From positions 1 to 26,164 of the forward strand of contig JAEHCO010000010.1 of the NCBI GenBank assembly GCA_020697715.1: a stretch of 26,164 nucleotides of DNA, given 5' to 3'. Origin of the DNA: Methanobacteriota archaeon (GTDB lineage: Archaea; Thermoplasmatota; Thermoplasmata; SG8-5; JAGLSY01). Positions 9,765 through 18,569 of the stretch are shown one piece after another; the first letter of the stretch is position 1; each line of letters opens with the position of its first letter. The notes beneath the pieces are model-generated. The model saw only the letters and a list, made by a program, of their open reading frames with translations, searched no databases and was not told where the DNA came from. Made by a program: the position numbers and the translations under genes.

Positions 9765-10499
9765 TCATTTCATACCTGCCAGTACATCTGCAATTGGATT
9801 AAATTGCAATTTCCGCCTCTCATTTCCGCCCGGCAGGTTCAGATCTATGTACAATAAACTTCCATTTCTCTTCCTGAGCTTCGGCCTGATGCCGTCCTTT
9901 ATCAGCAATTCCATAAAGGCCAGTTGATTGTCATAAGCCTTGTCTTTGTAATGTGAATCCAATTCATGAAGCAATTGTGATATTGCATACAATTTGCCAT
10001 GACCCTTGCCAGAACCCTTGATGAGGCCTGCATTTTCCAGATAATGTAGTCTCTTGAAGGCCGTCTGTTGCTTAATTTCAAATTCCCTGGAGACGGTGTT
10101 CTCTCTCATCTCACCATCTATGGCCAGTGATCTCAGGATATCATGGTCCAGCTTATCTCTCAGAAGGGACAGATATTCCAAGTGTTCGTTATCGATCAAA
10201 CCAGTTATCCAGTAAACCTTCCGGTTCCTGAATGTGCTGGACTTGACGATCCCGGCCTCGGATAGAAGCGAAAGATGCCAGTTTGCAGATGGAGGCTTAA
10301 CAGATACATGGCCAGCAATTCCTCGCAGATGGTCACAGGGCGACCCCACAAGATGAAAGAGGATCTCGCGCCTGATATCGCTCATAAAAAATGAATTGGT
10401 GCTATCCTGGGCCTCGATATTCCGAATGAGATCTTCCTGCTGGAATATCCTTTGTAATGCTTTGCCAAGAGATGACTGGGTGTCTTTTTCGGGGGTCAT
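9765..10499 (-). CDS. Tandem winged-helix (ArsR-like) DNA-binding protein
   Basis: RREILFHL...WHLSLLSEAGIV plus a second HTH-like segment (RLHYLENAGLI). Confidence 0.75.
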   Translation of the reverse strand: MTPEKDTQSSLGKALQRIFQQEDLIRNIEAQDSTNSFFMSDIRREILFHLVGSPCDHLRGIAGHVSVKPPSANWHLSLLSEAGIVKSSTFRNRKVYWITGLIDNEHLEYLSLLRDKLDHDILRSLAIDGEMRENTVSREFEIKQQTAFKRLHYLENAGLIKGSGKGHGKLYAISQLLHELDSHYKDKAYDNQLAFMELLIKDGIRPKLRKRNGSLLYIDLNLPGGNERRKLQFNPIADVLAGMK

Positions 10500-10542
10500 C
10501 TATGATGACCTCCGAGATATAGTAGAGTATCTTCCCACGATA

Positions 10543-11067
10543 TCATCTGCAGACCCTTCTGCCCATATTATTGAAGATACGCTCGACATTCTCGCCGGAT
10601 TTGGCACTGGACAAGTAAAAATTAGCCTCAAACTTCTCTGCAACCATCTCAAGATCCAGAGAGGTCATCTGATGCTCCGCTTCAAGGTCATTCTTATTTC
10701 CCACCAGGGTGATCGGCACCTTGCCAGCGATACTCGTGAAGCCATCATACCACCACTTCACACGATCCAGAGTTTCCTTCCTGGTCATGTCCACCACGAT
10801 GAAAGCTCCCTTGGAACCATTATAATAGGTATTCTGAAGAGCCTCGTGCTTGGCCTGGCCTAAAATATCATGTATCATAAGATTCAACTTGATATCAGTG
10901 CCATCATCCGCTATGAACTCCAGAGGTTTCTTGGTGACCTTGGTTCCGATGGTCATGATATATTCATCCTTGAAATCATCAAAAACAAACCTTCTTATCA
11001 GTGATGTCTTGCCTACGGCACCGTCGCCCAGCATACATATTTTCTTGATATAGTTCCTTTTGACCAT
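10543..11067 (-). CDS. Small Ras/Rab-like GTPase
   Basis: G1 GDGAVGKTS, G2 TIG, G3 DILGQ, G4 NKND, G5 SAK. Confidence 0.93.
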   Translation of the reverse strand: MVKRNYIKKICMLGDGAVGKTSLIRRFVFDDFKDEYIMTIGTKVTKKPLEFIADDGTDIKLNLMIHDILGQAKHEALQNTYYNGSKGAFIVVDMTRKETLDRVKWWYDGFTSIAGKVPITLVGNKNDLEAEHQMTSLDLEMVAEKFEANFYLSSAKSGENVERIFNNMGRRVCR

Positions 11068-11205
11068 CTGATGTCACTTTCCTGCCAATACTGACTATAT
11101 AATGCGGAGATATATATAATATACTTTTTCTATGTCAATATATTGTTAATTTGAGATAGAGGTATTGTCAAGGGAATTGTTTTAAACAAGCATCGTGATG
11201 TAAGG

Positions 11206-12456
11206 ATGATGAAGGACAAGGGCCCACCGCCAGTCATACATATTCCAACCGTCCAGTTCGTTCAGAGATGCTTTCGTGATTATTACACGAAAGTCAATAT
11301 CCCTCTGGTACACGATCTTGCCCAGCGCGAGTTCGGAGCAATAATACCTGGACGTACCATGAGGAGACACATGGGCTTCAGTGATATGACCGCCCTGAAA
11401 AGATATTTGACGGATAGCTGTCCGGCCCATGTTTATCATTCGACCGCTTATTACGAGACACCAGGAGCCTCCACCATGGACAAGAAGAAATGGCTGGGAG
11501 CTGACCTGATATTCGATCTGGATGCGGATCATATTCCAGGAGCGGATGAGATGTCCTATGCGGAGATGTTGGAACAGGTGAAGGTGGAATTCATCAAACT
11601 ACTGGATGATTTCCTGCTCGGTGATTTTGGGTTTGCTGAGAAGGATATCGGAATATACTTCTCAGGGGGGCGTGGCTACCATGCTCATGTCCGGCATGAT
11701 AGTGTTAAGAAATTAAATTCACATGAAAGACGTGAGATAGTGAATTACATCACAAAGCCAATTGAGAAAAAGGACAAAGAAAAGGACATAGAAAGTTTTC
11801 TTTCCAAGGTGGCCTATGATGTTACCGAATTCCAGGGCCACAGCAAGCCCAAGCACATATACATCCTGCCAGCTCCCGATGCAAAGGGCTGGAAAGGCAA
11901 GTTCAGACATAGTCTAATGGATTATCTGGACAATGGCCTGGACAGGGATAAGAAGGAGGTAATTGAGGAACTGGTCGCTCACGACGGCATTGGCAAGGGC
12001 ACTGCCGAGACCATTTATTCCAGACTTTTCAAAGGAGACGTTGAAAATTCGGGAGCCAGTAATATCAAGAGATCCAATACTCTTGAAGCATTTTCCAGTA
12101 ATAAGATCAGAAATATATTCCTTGATTTCATACTCGAAAGAACAAGGGCGATGGCCGGGGAAACAGACGAGCCAGTTACCTCGGATATCAAAAGATTGAT
12201 ACGATTGCCAGGCTCACTTCATGGCAAGACAGGCTTTTACGTGAAAAGCCTGGAGCGGTGTCAGCTGGAGGAATTCGACCCGCTTATCGACACGGTCTGG
12301 AAAGGACACACTGGCAATACCAAGATAACAGGAACTGCCGACCACGTATTCCCACTCATCGGCGAGGAATGGGAGATCAAGGAAGGCGAGAGCCAGTTAT
12401 TACCAACCGCTGTCGCACTGCATGCGGTATTGCAGAAAAAGTGCAAGATATCCTAA
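11206..12456 (+). CDS. priS: DNA primase catalytic (small) subunit
   Basis: QREFG, HVYHSTAYY, DLIFDLDADH, FSGGRGYH, DEPVTSDIKRLIRLPGSLHGKTG. Confidence 0.96.
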   Translation: MMKDKGPPPVIHIPTVQFVQRCFRDYYTKVNIPLVHDLAQREFGAIIPGRTMRRHMGFSDMTALKRYLTDSCPAHVYHSTAYYETPGASTMDKKKWLGADLIFDLDADHIPGADEMSYAEMLEQVKVEFIKLLDDFLLGDFGFAEKDIGIYFSGGRGYHAHVRHDSVKKLNSHERREIVNYITKPIEKKDKEKDIESFLSKVAYDVTEFQGHSKPKHIYILPAPDAKGWKGKFRHSLMDYLDNGLDRDKKEVIEELVAHDGIGKGTAETIYSRLFKGDVENSGASNIKRSNTLEAFSSNKIRNIFLDFILERTRAMAGETDEPVTSDIKRLIRLPGSLHGKTGFYVKSLERCQLEEFDPLIDTVWKGHTGNTKITGTADHVFPLIGEEWEIKEGESQLLPTAVALHAVLQKKCKIS

Positions 12457-12486
12457 TCACATAAAATAAAATTGAAAGAAATGGAG

Positions 12487-12514
12487 AAGCCAGGCCTTTT
12501 GAATGGCCTGGCTT
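12487..12514. terminator. Hairpin between convergent priS and glyA
   Basis: AAGCCAGGCC-N8-GGCCTGGCTT perfect 10-bp stem followed by T residues. Confidence 0.6.
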
Positions 12515-12530
12515 TTATCGTTTTATCGCA

Positions 12531-13826
12531 TCAATACTTCGGAACCAGCCTGTGCCTCTTGTAGGCTGGGAAATCCTCATCAAAGCAATAATGCATGGTC
12601 TGGAAATCCGATTTAAAGCGAGTGACATCGTCCTTTATCTTGGTCGTGTCGCCCTTATCGATGGCCACCCTCTTGATGAATTCAGCTACTTCGGTCATGT
12701 GGCTTTCCTTCATGCCGATACGCGTCATCTCCTGGGTACCCAGGCGAATTCCGCTCGGGCTCTTTGGCTTGTCATCCCAAGGCAGCATGTTCATATTACA
12801 GATCATATTGGAATCCTCCATAAGCTGGGCGACCTCTTTTCCACCGCCCTGCTCCTGAACATCCACAACGATCGTGTGAGATTCTGTGAAATTCTTGTGC
12901 TCGCAGAAGACCTTCATCCCACGCTCGTAAAGTGCCTGACCCAGTGCCTTCGCATTTCGTATAATTTGATCAGAATAAGCCTCGCCGAATTCCTTGTGCT
13001 CGGCGATAGTGACACCCAGTGCGGCGGTTGCGAAAAGATGATGATTGCTAACGACACCCGGGAAGATACCCGAGTTGAGCTTCCTGGCCATCTTGTCGTC
13101 CCTTGGATTCGCGACAAGAATTCCATGCTGTGGGCCTGGCAGTGTCTTGTGCGTACTGCCAGTTATCACATGCGCTCCCTCACGTAGCGGATCCTGGAAC
13201 CTGCCAGCGGCTATGAGTCCGAGAACATGAGCTCCATCGAACCAGACATTACATCCAATTTCATCAAAGGTATCTTTCAGCTCCTTCAGAGGTGCTGGGA
13301 ATAGGAACACAGAGCGACCGAAGAGAGCTAGTTTTGGTCGAATTTCCAACAATAATTTGCGTGTGCCATCAATGTCCAGGTTCATCTCCTCCACATCAAA
13401 AGGATAGGTGTGGCTTTTGAGACCACGGACACCGACCGCCCCGAACTTGGCGGTCGAAATATGAGCTCCGTCGGATAATGCTGGCGCGGTGATCGTATCG
13501 CCAGGTAATGTCAGTGCTTTCAGAAGACCAATGTTCGCAACAGTTCCGGATATCGGCCTGATGTCCGCATAGTTGGATCGGAACAGTTCCTTGGCCATTT
13601 CGATAACTCTGGCCTCGATCTTATCAACATAGATATTTCCATTGTAATAACGGTCGCCAGGTAATCCCTCGGCGTACCTGTCGCAGAGATCTGACATTAA
13701 CATCTCCCTGGCCAGTGGACTTATCAGGTTCTCGGAAGCTATCATCGGGATAGAGTTCTTGAACCAGTCTGTGTGATCATCAAGCATTTCAGATATGAAT
13801 TCTGCATCTTTTCTGTTTTCGGACAT
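12531..13826 (-). CDS. glyA: Serine hydroxymethyltransferase
   Basis: IASEN, YAEGLPG.RYY, DGAHVLGLIAAG, PLP lysine motif GSTHKT, SGIRLGT; ATG at 13826 chosen for the CAGGTG RBS. Confidence 0.97.
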   Translation of the reverse strand: MSENRKDAEFISEMLDDHTDWFKNSIPMIASENLISPLAREMLMSDLCDRYAEGLPGDRYYNGNIYVDKIEARVIEMAKELFRSNYADIRPISGTVANIGLLKALTLPGDTITAPALSDGAHISTAKFGAVGVRGLKSHTYPFDVEEMNLDIDGTRKLLLEIRPKLALFGRSVFLFPAPLKELKDTFDEIGCNVWFDGAHVLGLIAAGRFQDPLREGAHVITGSTHKTLPGPQHGILVANPRDDKMARKLNSGIFPGVVSNHHLFATAALGVTIAEHKEFGEAYSDQIIRNAKALGQALYERGMKVFCEHKNFTESHTIVVDVQEQGGGKEVAQLMEDSNMICNMNMLPWDDKPKSPSGIRLGTQEMTRIGMKESHMTEVAEFIKRVAIDKGDTTKIKDDVTRFKSDFQTMHYCFDEDFPAYKRHRLVPKY

Positions 13827-13953
13827 ATTAGCACCTGACACGGGAATAGAGGAGGATGTATTAAATTTTATTACACATCATTTTCCATCAATATGCACTT
13901 GCCAGTCACAAATAGGCCTAAGCCTTATATGTGAGTCCATCATATCCGTGACT

Positions 13954-14481
13954 ATGGAAGAGTCTTGGGTCAGAGGAATTTTCTTCTACCAGGTATTGAA
14001 TTATGTCAGGACTGAAAAGGGTCAGTCAGCCTATGAGCTTCTGGGCATGGACATCGGCGAGATAAGAGCGGACAAGAAATATGATTTTGAAGAATTCGCC
14101 GACCTGCTGGCAAAGGTCGATATGATGATCGGGGATGGAGATCCCGGGTTCATATGCGCGATGTCCAGAGCCACGATGATCGGAGAGGCCAGCTGGAAGG
14201 TCCTATTCAGGCGCATGCACCCAAGAAACATATTCTCCACAACCACGAAACAAGCTGGCAGGCACAATCTTGCTGATTTCAAAACACTGGGATCAGATGA
14301 TAATCATGTCCGTCTGAGCATGACGATGTGGACGGATAATGCAGCCCATCGAATACTCTGGGCGGACTTCTACAAAGGCCGACTGGAGGGCATTCTCAGC
14401 CTGATGGGCAGGAAGGGGACCATCAGGATCGAGAGAGAAAGCAACAATGGCGAATTCATTTACGTCATTGAATGGGAATAA
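13954..14481 (+). CDS. Hypothetical protein
   Basis: ORF 13795-14481 trimmed to the ATG (MEESWVRG) that does not overlap glyA. Confidence 0.7.
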   Translation: MEESWVRGIFFYQVLNYVRTEKGQSAYELLGMDIGEIRADKKYDFEEFADLLAKVDMMIGDGDPGFICAMSRATMIGEASWKVLFRRMHPRNIFSTTTKQAGRHNLADFKTLGSDDNHVRLSMTMWTDNAAHRILWADFYKGRLEGILSLMGRKGTIRIERESNNGEFIYVIEWE

Positions 14482-14624
14482 GTTTATTGCCTCAAATGAC
14501 ACATACTTCTTACAATTAAGTAAAAGTTGAACATTTATAAGGAGCATATTTTGTCAATTATTAACAATAGTAATTGAAAAGTTTAATATCCTTGTGTTAT
14601 TTCCAGGGTCGAGCAGGTGACAAT

Positions 14625-15392
14625 ATGGCATCAGACCTCAATATCCTAATAGGCACGGCGGCCGCAATTGGCTTTGTCCACACATTGTTCGGACCAGATC
14701 ATTATTTACCATTCATCGTAATGAGCAAGGCAAGGAACTGGTCGCTGAAAAAGACCAGTTTGATCACCATACTCTGCGGCGTCGGACATGTGCTTGGTTC
14801 CATTCTTCTCGGAGCCATCGGAATTGCCGCTGGCATCGCGGTCACCAGCCTCGAAGGCGTGGAGGGAACCAGGGGGGACATAGCCGCCTGGTCATTGATC
14901 GCCTTCGGTTTTGTCTACCTGGCATGGGGTCTGAAAAGAGCATGGAAGAACCAGCCACACACCCACGCCCACGCACATATCGACGGATCCGTGCACGAGC
15001 ATGATCATGTGCATGTGAAGGATCACACGCATGTTCATGAGGAAGGCCAGGAACTGCATTTGGAAGGCGACTCTTGTATCAGCAAGTCCAGTAAAAAAGC
15101 AGAGCGAAAGAAGATGACCCCCTGGGTTCTTTTTGTCATATTCGTGCTCGGCCCCTGCGAACCACTCATACCGATCCTCATGTACCCAGCCGCCCAGAGC
15201 AGTGTCTGGGGAGTTGTAATGGTGGCTCTTGTTTTCGGTCTGGTCACGGTTCTGACCATGACCGGCATGGTACTCCTGGCCTTCGCCGGAATATCCTTCC
15301 TACCAATGGAAAAGATCGAGAGGTTCACACACGCCATTGCCGGCGGGACCATCGCCCTGAGCGGAATGGCCATTGTTTTCCTAGGGCTTTAA
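14625..15392 (+). CDS. His-rich nickel/cobalt transporter-like membrane protein (RcnA/UreH/DsbD_2-like)
   Basis: HTLFGPDHY, GHVLGS, His-rich loop, LGPCEPLIP; CAGGTGA RBS before ATG 14625. Confidence 0.8.
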   Translation: MASDLNILIGTAAAIGFVHTLFGPDHYLPFIVMSKARNWSLKKTSLITILCGVGHVLGSILLGAIGIAAGIAVTSLEGVEGTRGDIAAWSLIAFGFVYLAWGLKRAWKNQPHTHAHAHIDGSVHEHDHVHVKDHTHVHEEGQELHLEGDSCISKSSKKAERKKMTPWVLFVIFVLGPCEPLIPILMYPAAQSSVWGVVMVALVFGLVTVLTMTGMVLLAFAGISFLPMEKIERFTHAIAGGTIALSGMAIVFLGL

Positions 15393-15488
15393 CTAACTCT
15401 GGCAGGAGCCTGAGCCATGCTAACCCAGAGAAATAATTATTCCTCAATTTGGGAGATAGTATTTATTGTTTAAGGTCAATTCACTCTC

Positions 15489-15962
15489 ATGAACACTATG
15501 AAAGCCATGTTCGGAGGAGGTTGCTTTTGGGGTATAGAAGAAGAATTCAGGAATGTCCCAGGAGTATTGGATACAAAAGTAGGTTATTCTGGAGGAGACA
15601 CCGAGAACCCCACATACAAAAAGGTCTGCAGCGGCATGACCGGCCACGCGGAAGTGGCTCTTGTCACCTATGATCCAGAAAAGGTGAGCTATGAGGAACT
15701 TCTCGATACCTTCTGGAACATACACGATCCAACAACTCTCAATTTGCAAGGCCCTGACATCGGCACACAATACCGTTCAGTAATATTTTATTTTGACGAT
15801 AGCCAGTTAGAAAAGGCGACCTTATCAAAAGATGATCTGCAACAAAGATCCAGCAGAGAGATCGTCACACAGATAAAACCAGCTGGCAAATTCTGGAAAG
15901 CGGAGGAATACCATCAACGCTACCGTCAGAAGGCCAGCTTCCCCGGATGTTGCACGGCATGA
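15489..15962 (+). CDS. msrA: Peptide methionine sulfoxide reductase A
   Basis: [32 protein letters not shown]. Confidence 0.97.
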   Translation: MNTMKAMFGGGCFWGIEEEFRNVPGVLDTKVGYSGGDTENPTYKKVCSGMTGHAEVALVTYDPEKVSYEELLDTFWNIHDPTTLNLQGPDIGTQYRSVIFYFDDSQLEKATLSKDDLQQRSSREIVTQIKPAGKFWKAEEYHQRYRQKASFPGCCTA

Positions 15963-16321
15963 GCCAGGAAGATGAACTGCGCGAGCATGTGATGAGAAGA
16001 AAGGGTACTGAACCCCCTTTCTCTGGCAAGTACCTCGCGGAGAATCGCCCAGGCGTGTACAAATGCGCTGGCTGCGGTCATGAATTATTCTTATCAGATT
16101 CCAAGTTCGATTCGGGATGCGGCTGGCCGAGCTTCGACCGACCAGCAGATGAAAGCGCTGTCACGACCAAGCCAGACCTAAGCCACATGACGGTCAGAAC
16201 CGAAGTCATCTGTCCAAAGTGTGGAGGCCATCTTGGCCATGTTTTCAATGACGGGCCGACCGAGACAGGCAAGCGGTATTGCATTAACTCGGTGGCGCTG
16301 GATCTTAGGGCGAATGACTAG
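15959..16321 (+). CDS. msrB: Peptide methionine sulfoxide reductase B
   Basis: GTEPPF, two Cxx[27 protein letters not shown]; ATGA overlap with the msrA stop. Confidence 0.97.
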   Translation: MSQEDELREHVMRRKGTEPPFSGKYLAENRPGVYKCAGCGHELFLSDSKFDSGCGWPSFDRPADESAVTTKPDLSHMTVRTEVICPKCGGHLGHVFNDGPTETGKRYCINSVALDLRAND

Positions 16322-16799
16322 GCCTTCTTCCACTCCCAGGATTGGCTCGATATTGCTGCTGTCCAGATATGTAATGTTCCACAACCTCGAAGCCCTGGCC
16401 AACGCTCCCATGATAGCATCCAGGAGCCCACAGGGCTTTCGGACACCACTTGACGAGCTGCGGGTATTTCTTACGCAGCTCGCGACTTGAATTCGCCTTG
16501 ATGGCCTCCACGATCCTGCTGGTAGCCAGCTTGGGGGAATATTGAATGAACAAATGGACATGATCCTCAGCCACCGCCATTTCCAGTATCTTAACATCCA
16601 GCACCTTGCACGTCCATCGAATTTGCCTCTCACATTCGATGGCCACCCCGCCTTTCAGCACCTTGGCGCGATACTTCGGCGTAAGGACAACATGACATGC
16701 CATCATGCTCGTGGTATGCCGGTCCTTTCTTTCAGCGAACTTACTGCCAGTACCTTTTTTGTATCGGTGCTTCGAGTGCTGAGACGGGGCTTTTGCCAT
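16305..16799 (-). mobile_element. tnpA: IS200/IS605-family Y1 HUH transposase, no tnpB
   Basis: HVVLTPKYR, HUH motif DHVHL, IKANSSR, LW..G, catalytic Tyr in HYISGQ; start set at MAKAP. Confidence 0.92.
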
Positions 16800-16961
16800 G
16801 GAACTGAGTATTCGATCGGTGGTATAAAAGGATGAATTGGGGGAGGGCGAAAGTATTTTGGGAATGGAGAGCCAGTGAACAAAATATAGTACTTTCGCTG
16901 ATCTGTGATGAGAGCTTATAAAGAAAGTCCGCATTTTTGTTGGGGTAATGCGGAAACCCTG

Positions 16962-16991
16962 GTAGCCGTTTGCCACGCTTGGCGAATGGCT
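16962..16991 (+). other. GTAG-led hairpin upstream of tnpA (candidate IS end or REP-like site)
   Basis: AGCCGTTTGCCA-CGCT-TGGCGAATGGCT 12-bp stem with G.T pairs. Confidence 0.6.
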
Positions 16992-17022
16992 GAAGACCTA
17001 CTGAACTCCCCAGGTCAAATCC
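16984..17022 (+). pseudogene. Deleted partial copy of the adjacent tRNA
   Basis: GAATGGC|TGAAGACCtACTGaA-CTCCCCAGGTC|AAATCC aligns colinearly to the tRNA with two internal deletions. Confidence 0.65.
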
Positions 17023-17056
17023 ATATATGCAACTCAGATAATAAATAGTTTCCTAT

Positions 17057-17144
17057 GCCGAGGTAGCCAAGCCAGGAATGGCGGTTGGTTGAAGACCAAC
17101 TGGATCTCCCCAGGTCTTCGCGGGTTCAAATCCCGTCCTCGGCG
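17057..17144 (+). tRNA. Type II tRNA: serine-like body with a GAA (Phe) anticodon
   Basis: Acceptor GCCGAGG/CCTCGGC with G73; D stem GCCA/TGGC; anticodon stem GTTGG/CCAAC with loop TTGAAGA; 19-nt variable arm with GATCT/AGGTC stem; T arm GCGGG-TTCAAAT-CCCGT. Confidence 0.88.
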
Positions 17145-17216
17145 GGGTTTCCACACAAGCCAGACTGACTGGGGCACGAGCAAAAGTCACGATCTGTATA
17201 GCACATACACATGGGC

Positions 17217-17276
17217 ATACCCCGACCTTACCGAGGCTTGGTACAGGTACAAGCCTCGTCTGTAAGGACGGGGTAT
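17217..17276. other. 60-nt inverted repeat between the tRNA and the first array gene
   Basis: Nested arms ATACCCCG/CGGGGTAT, CCTTAC/GTAAGG, CGAGGCTTG/CAAGCCTCG; followed by TTTATATA. Confidence 0.8.
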
Positions 17277-17327
17277 TTATATACACGTGTAGCTATACAT
17301 GTGTATCGTGACTTGCGAGGGAAGTGA

Positions 17328-18224
17328 TTGAACACCAAAGGAGATGTGCCAGTTAAGAAATATATTATGTTTTCTGATTTACCTATTAGTGGATTTTATA
17401 AATTCGATGATGTATTCCAAATGATACCACCACCAGATGACTGGCCTAAACCAAGAGCAACTATAGGACACCATCCAATATTAATAGAATACAAAGACGA
17501 AATCGCTGTAGAATTAATTGATCTATTAAGTGTTTTTTCAAATTACTACTTCTTTCAATATTCTAATAACCAAGCTTGGTTTATAGATCTGGCCAATCAT
17601 AAAAATGACTCAGTATGGGGTCAAGAAGTCTATAAATCAGATATAGTGAATCAGATCGAATTCGAAAGTGAAGATTTTTCTAAACATGAAAAGGAAATTG
17701 ATTTTATTGAGCATAATGAGTATTTTAATACTTATGCTGGCCGTTTAAGAACAGACCCAATTAATTTTCCAGAATCCCTTTCAGATTTATACAGAAAATA
17801 CCTATCTTTAGATACAGAAAAAAGAAAAGCCTATCGAAATGCCAGTATTCTTTTCAAATCAGGATTGTTGTTAAAAGATGAAAGGATAAATTTAAGTCTA
17901 GCCTATGTATCATTTATTTCCTGTATTGAAACACTGATTTATTATGAACATAAAGATGAGGATATTGAACGGTGTAAACATTGTGGCCAGTTAAGATACA
18001 GAACAACAAGAAAATTTAAAGATTTTATGGAAAAATATATTTCTAAGGATAAAGATTTTCAAAAATACAGTCAAGATATTTATAACATTAGAAGCCAGAT
18101 AATTCATAGAGGACAATTGCTAATTTCAGATGAAAAAATGTTTGAGTTGATGGACTCTGTCAAAATTGAATATCTAATTCGTTTGACAAGAATTACTATG
18201 GTTAACTGGCTAGTATCAAATTAA
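17328..18224 (+). CDS. HEPN-domain (ApeA-like) protein, possibly a defence RNase; array gene 1
   Basis: FISCIETL helix, CKHC insert, YNIRSQIIHRG (Rx4H) motif; AT-rich. Confidence 0.75.
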   Translation: MNTKGDVPVKKYIMFSDLPISGFYKFDDVFQMIPPPDDWPKPRATIGHHPILIEYKDEIAVELIDLLSVFSNYYFFQYSNNQAWFIDLANHKNDSVWGQEVYKSDIVNQIEFESEDFSKHEKEIDFIEHNEYFNTYAGRLRTDPINFPESLSDLYRKYLSLDTEKRKAYRNASILFKSGLLLKDERINLSLAYVSFISCIETLIYYEHKDEDIERCKHCGQLRYRTTRKFKDFMEKYISKDKDFQKYSQDIYNIRSQIIHRGQLLISDEKMFELMDSVKIEYLIRLTRITMVNWLVSN

Positions 18225-18553
18225 GCGTCCCGAGCAGGGGGGATTTTCGCAGGAAATTGGGCCAGCGCAGGGACAAGAGGGTGGGAGTTAGGCACATCTC
18301 CGTATACAGGGAACGACCGAGCTTCCGAGGAGCGAGATTATTATCGTATTGAGCGACGAGTTAGGATGCCTCGCTCGAAGTAACTGGCTAAGTTTCGAAG
18401 AAAATAGCCAGTTGCTGAGAGTTGGGACGAGCACAGCGAGCCCAATCCCGAGCCACGCAGGGACGGGGTTACAAAACGAAAGTCATATAAGTGAGACTTT
18501 CGATTCACTTGGGCAAGCGTAGTCATGCCCCGTAAAAAAGTCTGGCTGCCTAA
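18225..18553 (+). repeat. Structured intergenic repeat R0 (divergent left arm, one core)
   Basis: Shares the 5' hairpin, core GATGCCTCG...GGCAAG and right arm GTCATGCCCC..AGTCTGGCT with R1-R4. Confidence 0.93.
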
Positions 18554-18569
18554 TAATATGGTGGAGAAG

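Noticed and set aside
655-16835. Many antisense or overlapping ORFs (e.g. 2841-3473, 5205-5720, 10396-10863, 12552-13187, 16178-16633)
   Set aside because: Shadows of well-supported genes with no recognisable motifs.
16800-16976. 59-aa N-terminal extension of TnpA
   Set aside because: It overlaps the upstream hairpin and non-coding region and has no Y1-transposase character; ATG 16799 is preferred.
17057-17144. Reading the tRNA as Ser(TGA) or Sec
   Set aside because: Centring TGA breaks the GTTGG/CCAAC stem; the acceptor and T stems are 7/5, not the archaeal Sec 9/4.
17053-17286. 77-aa minus-strand ORF
   Set aside because: Antisense translation of the tRNA and the adjacent hairpin.
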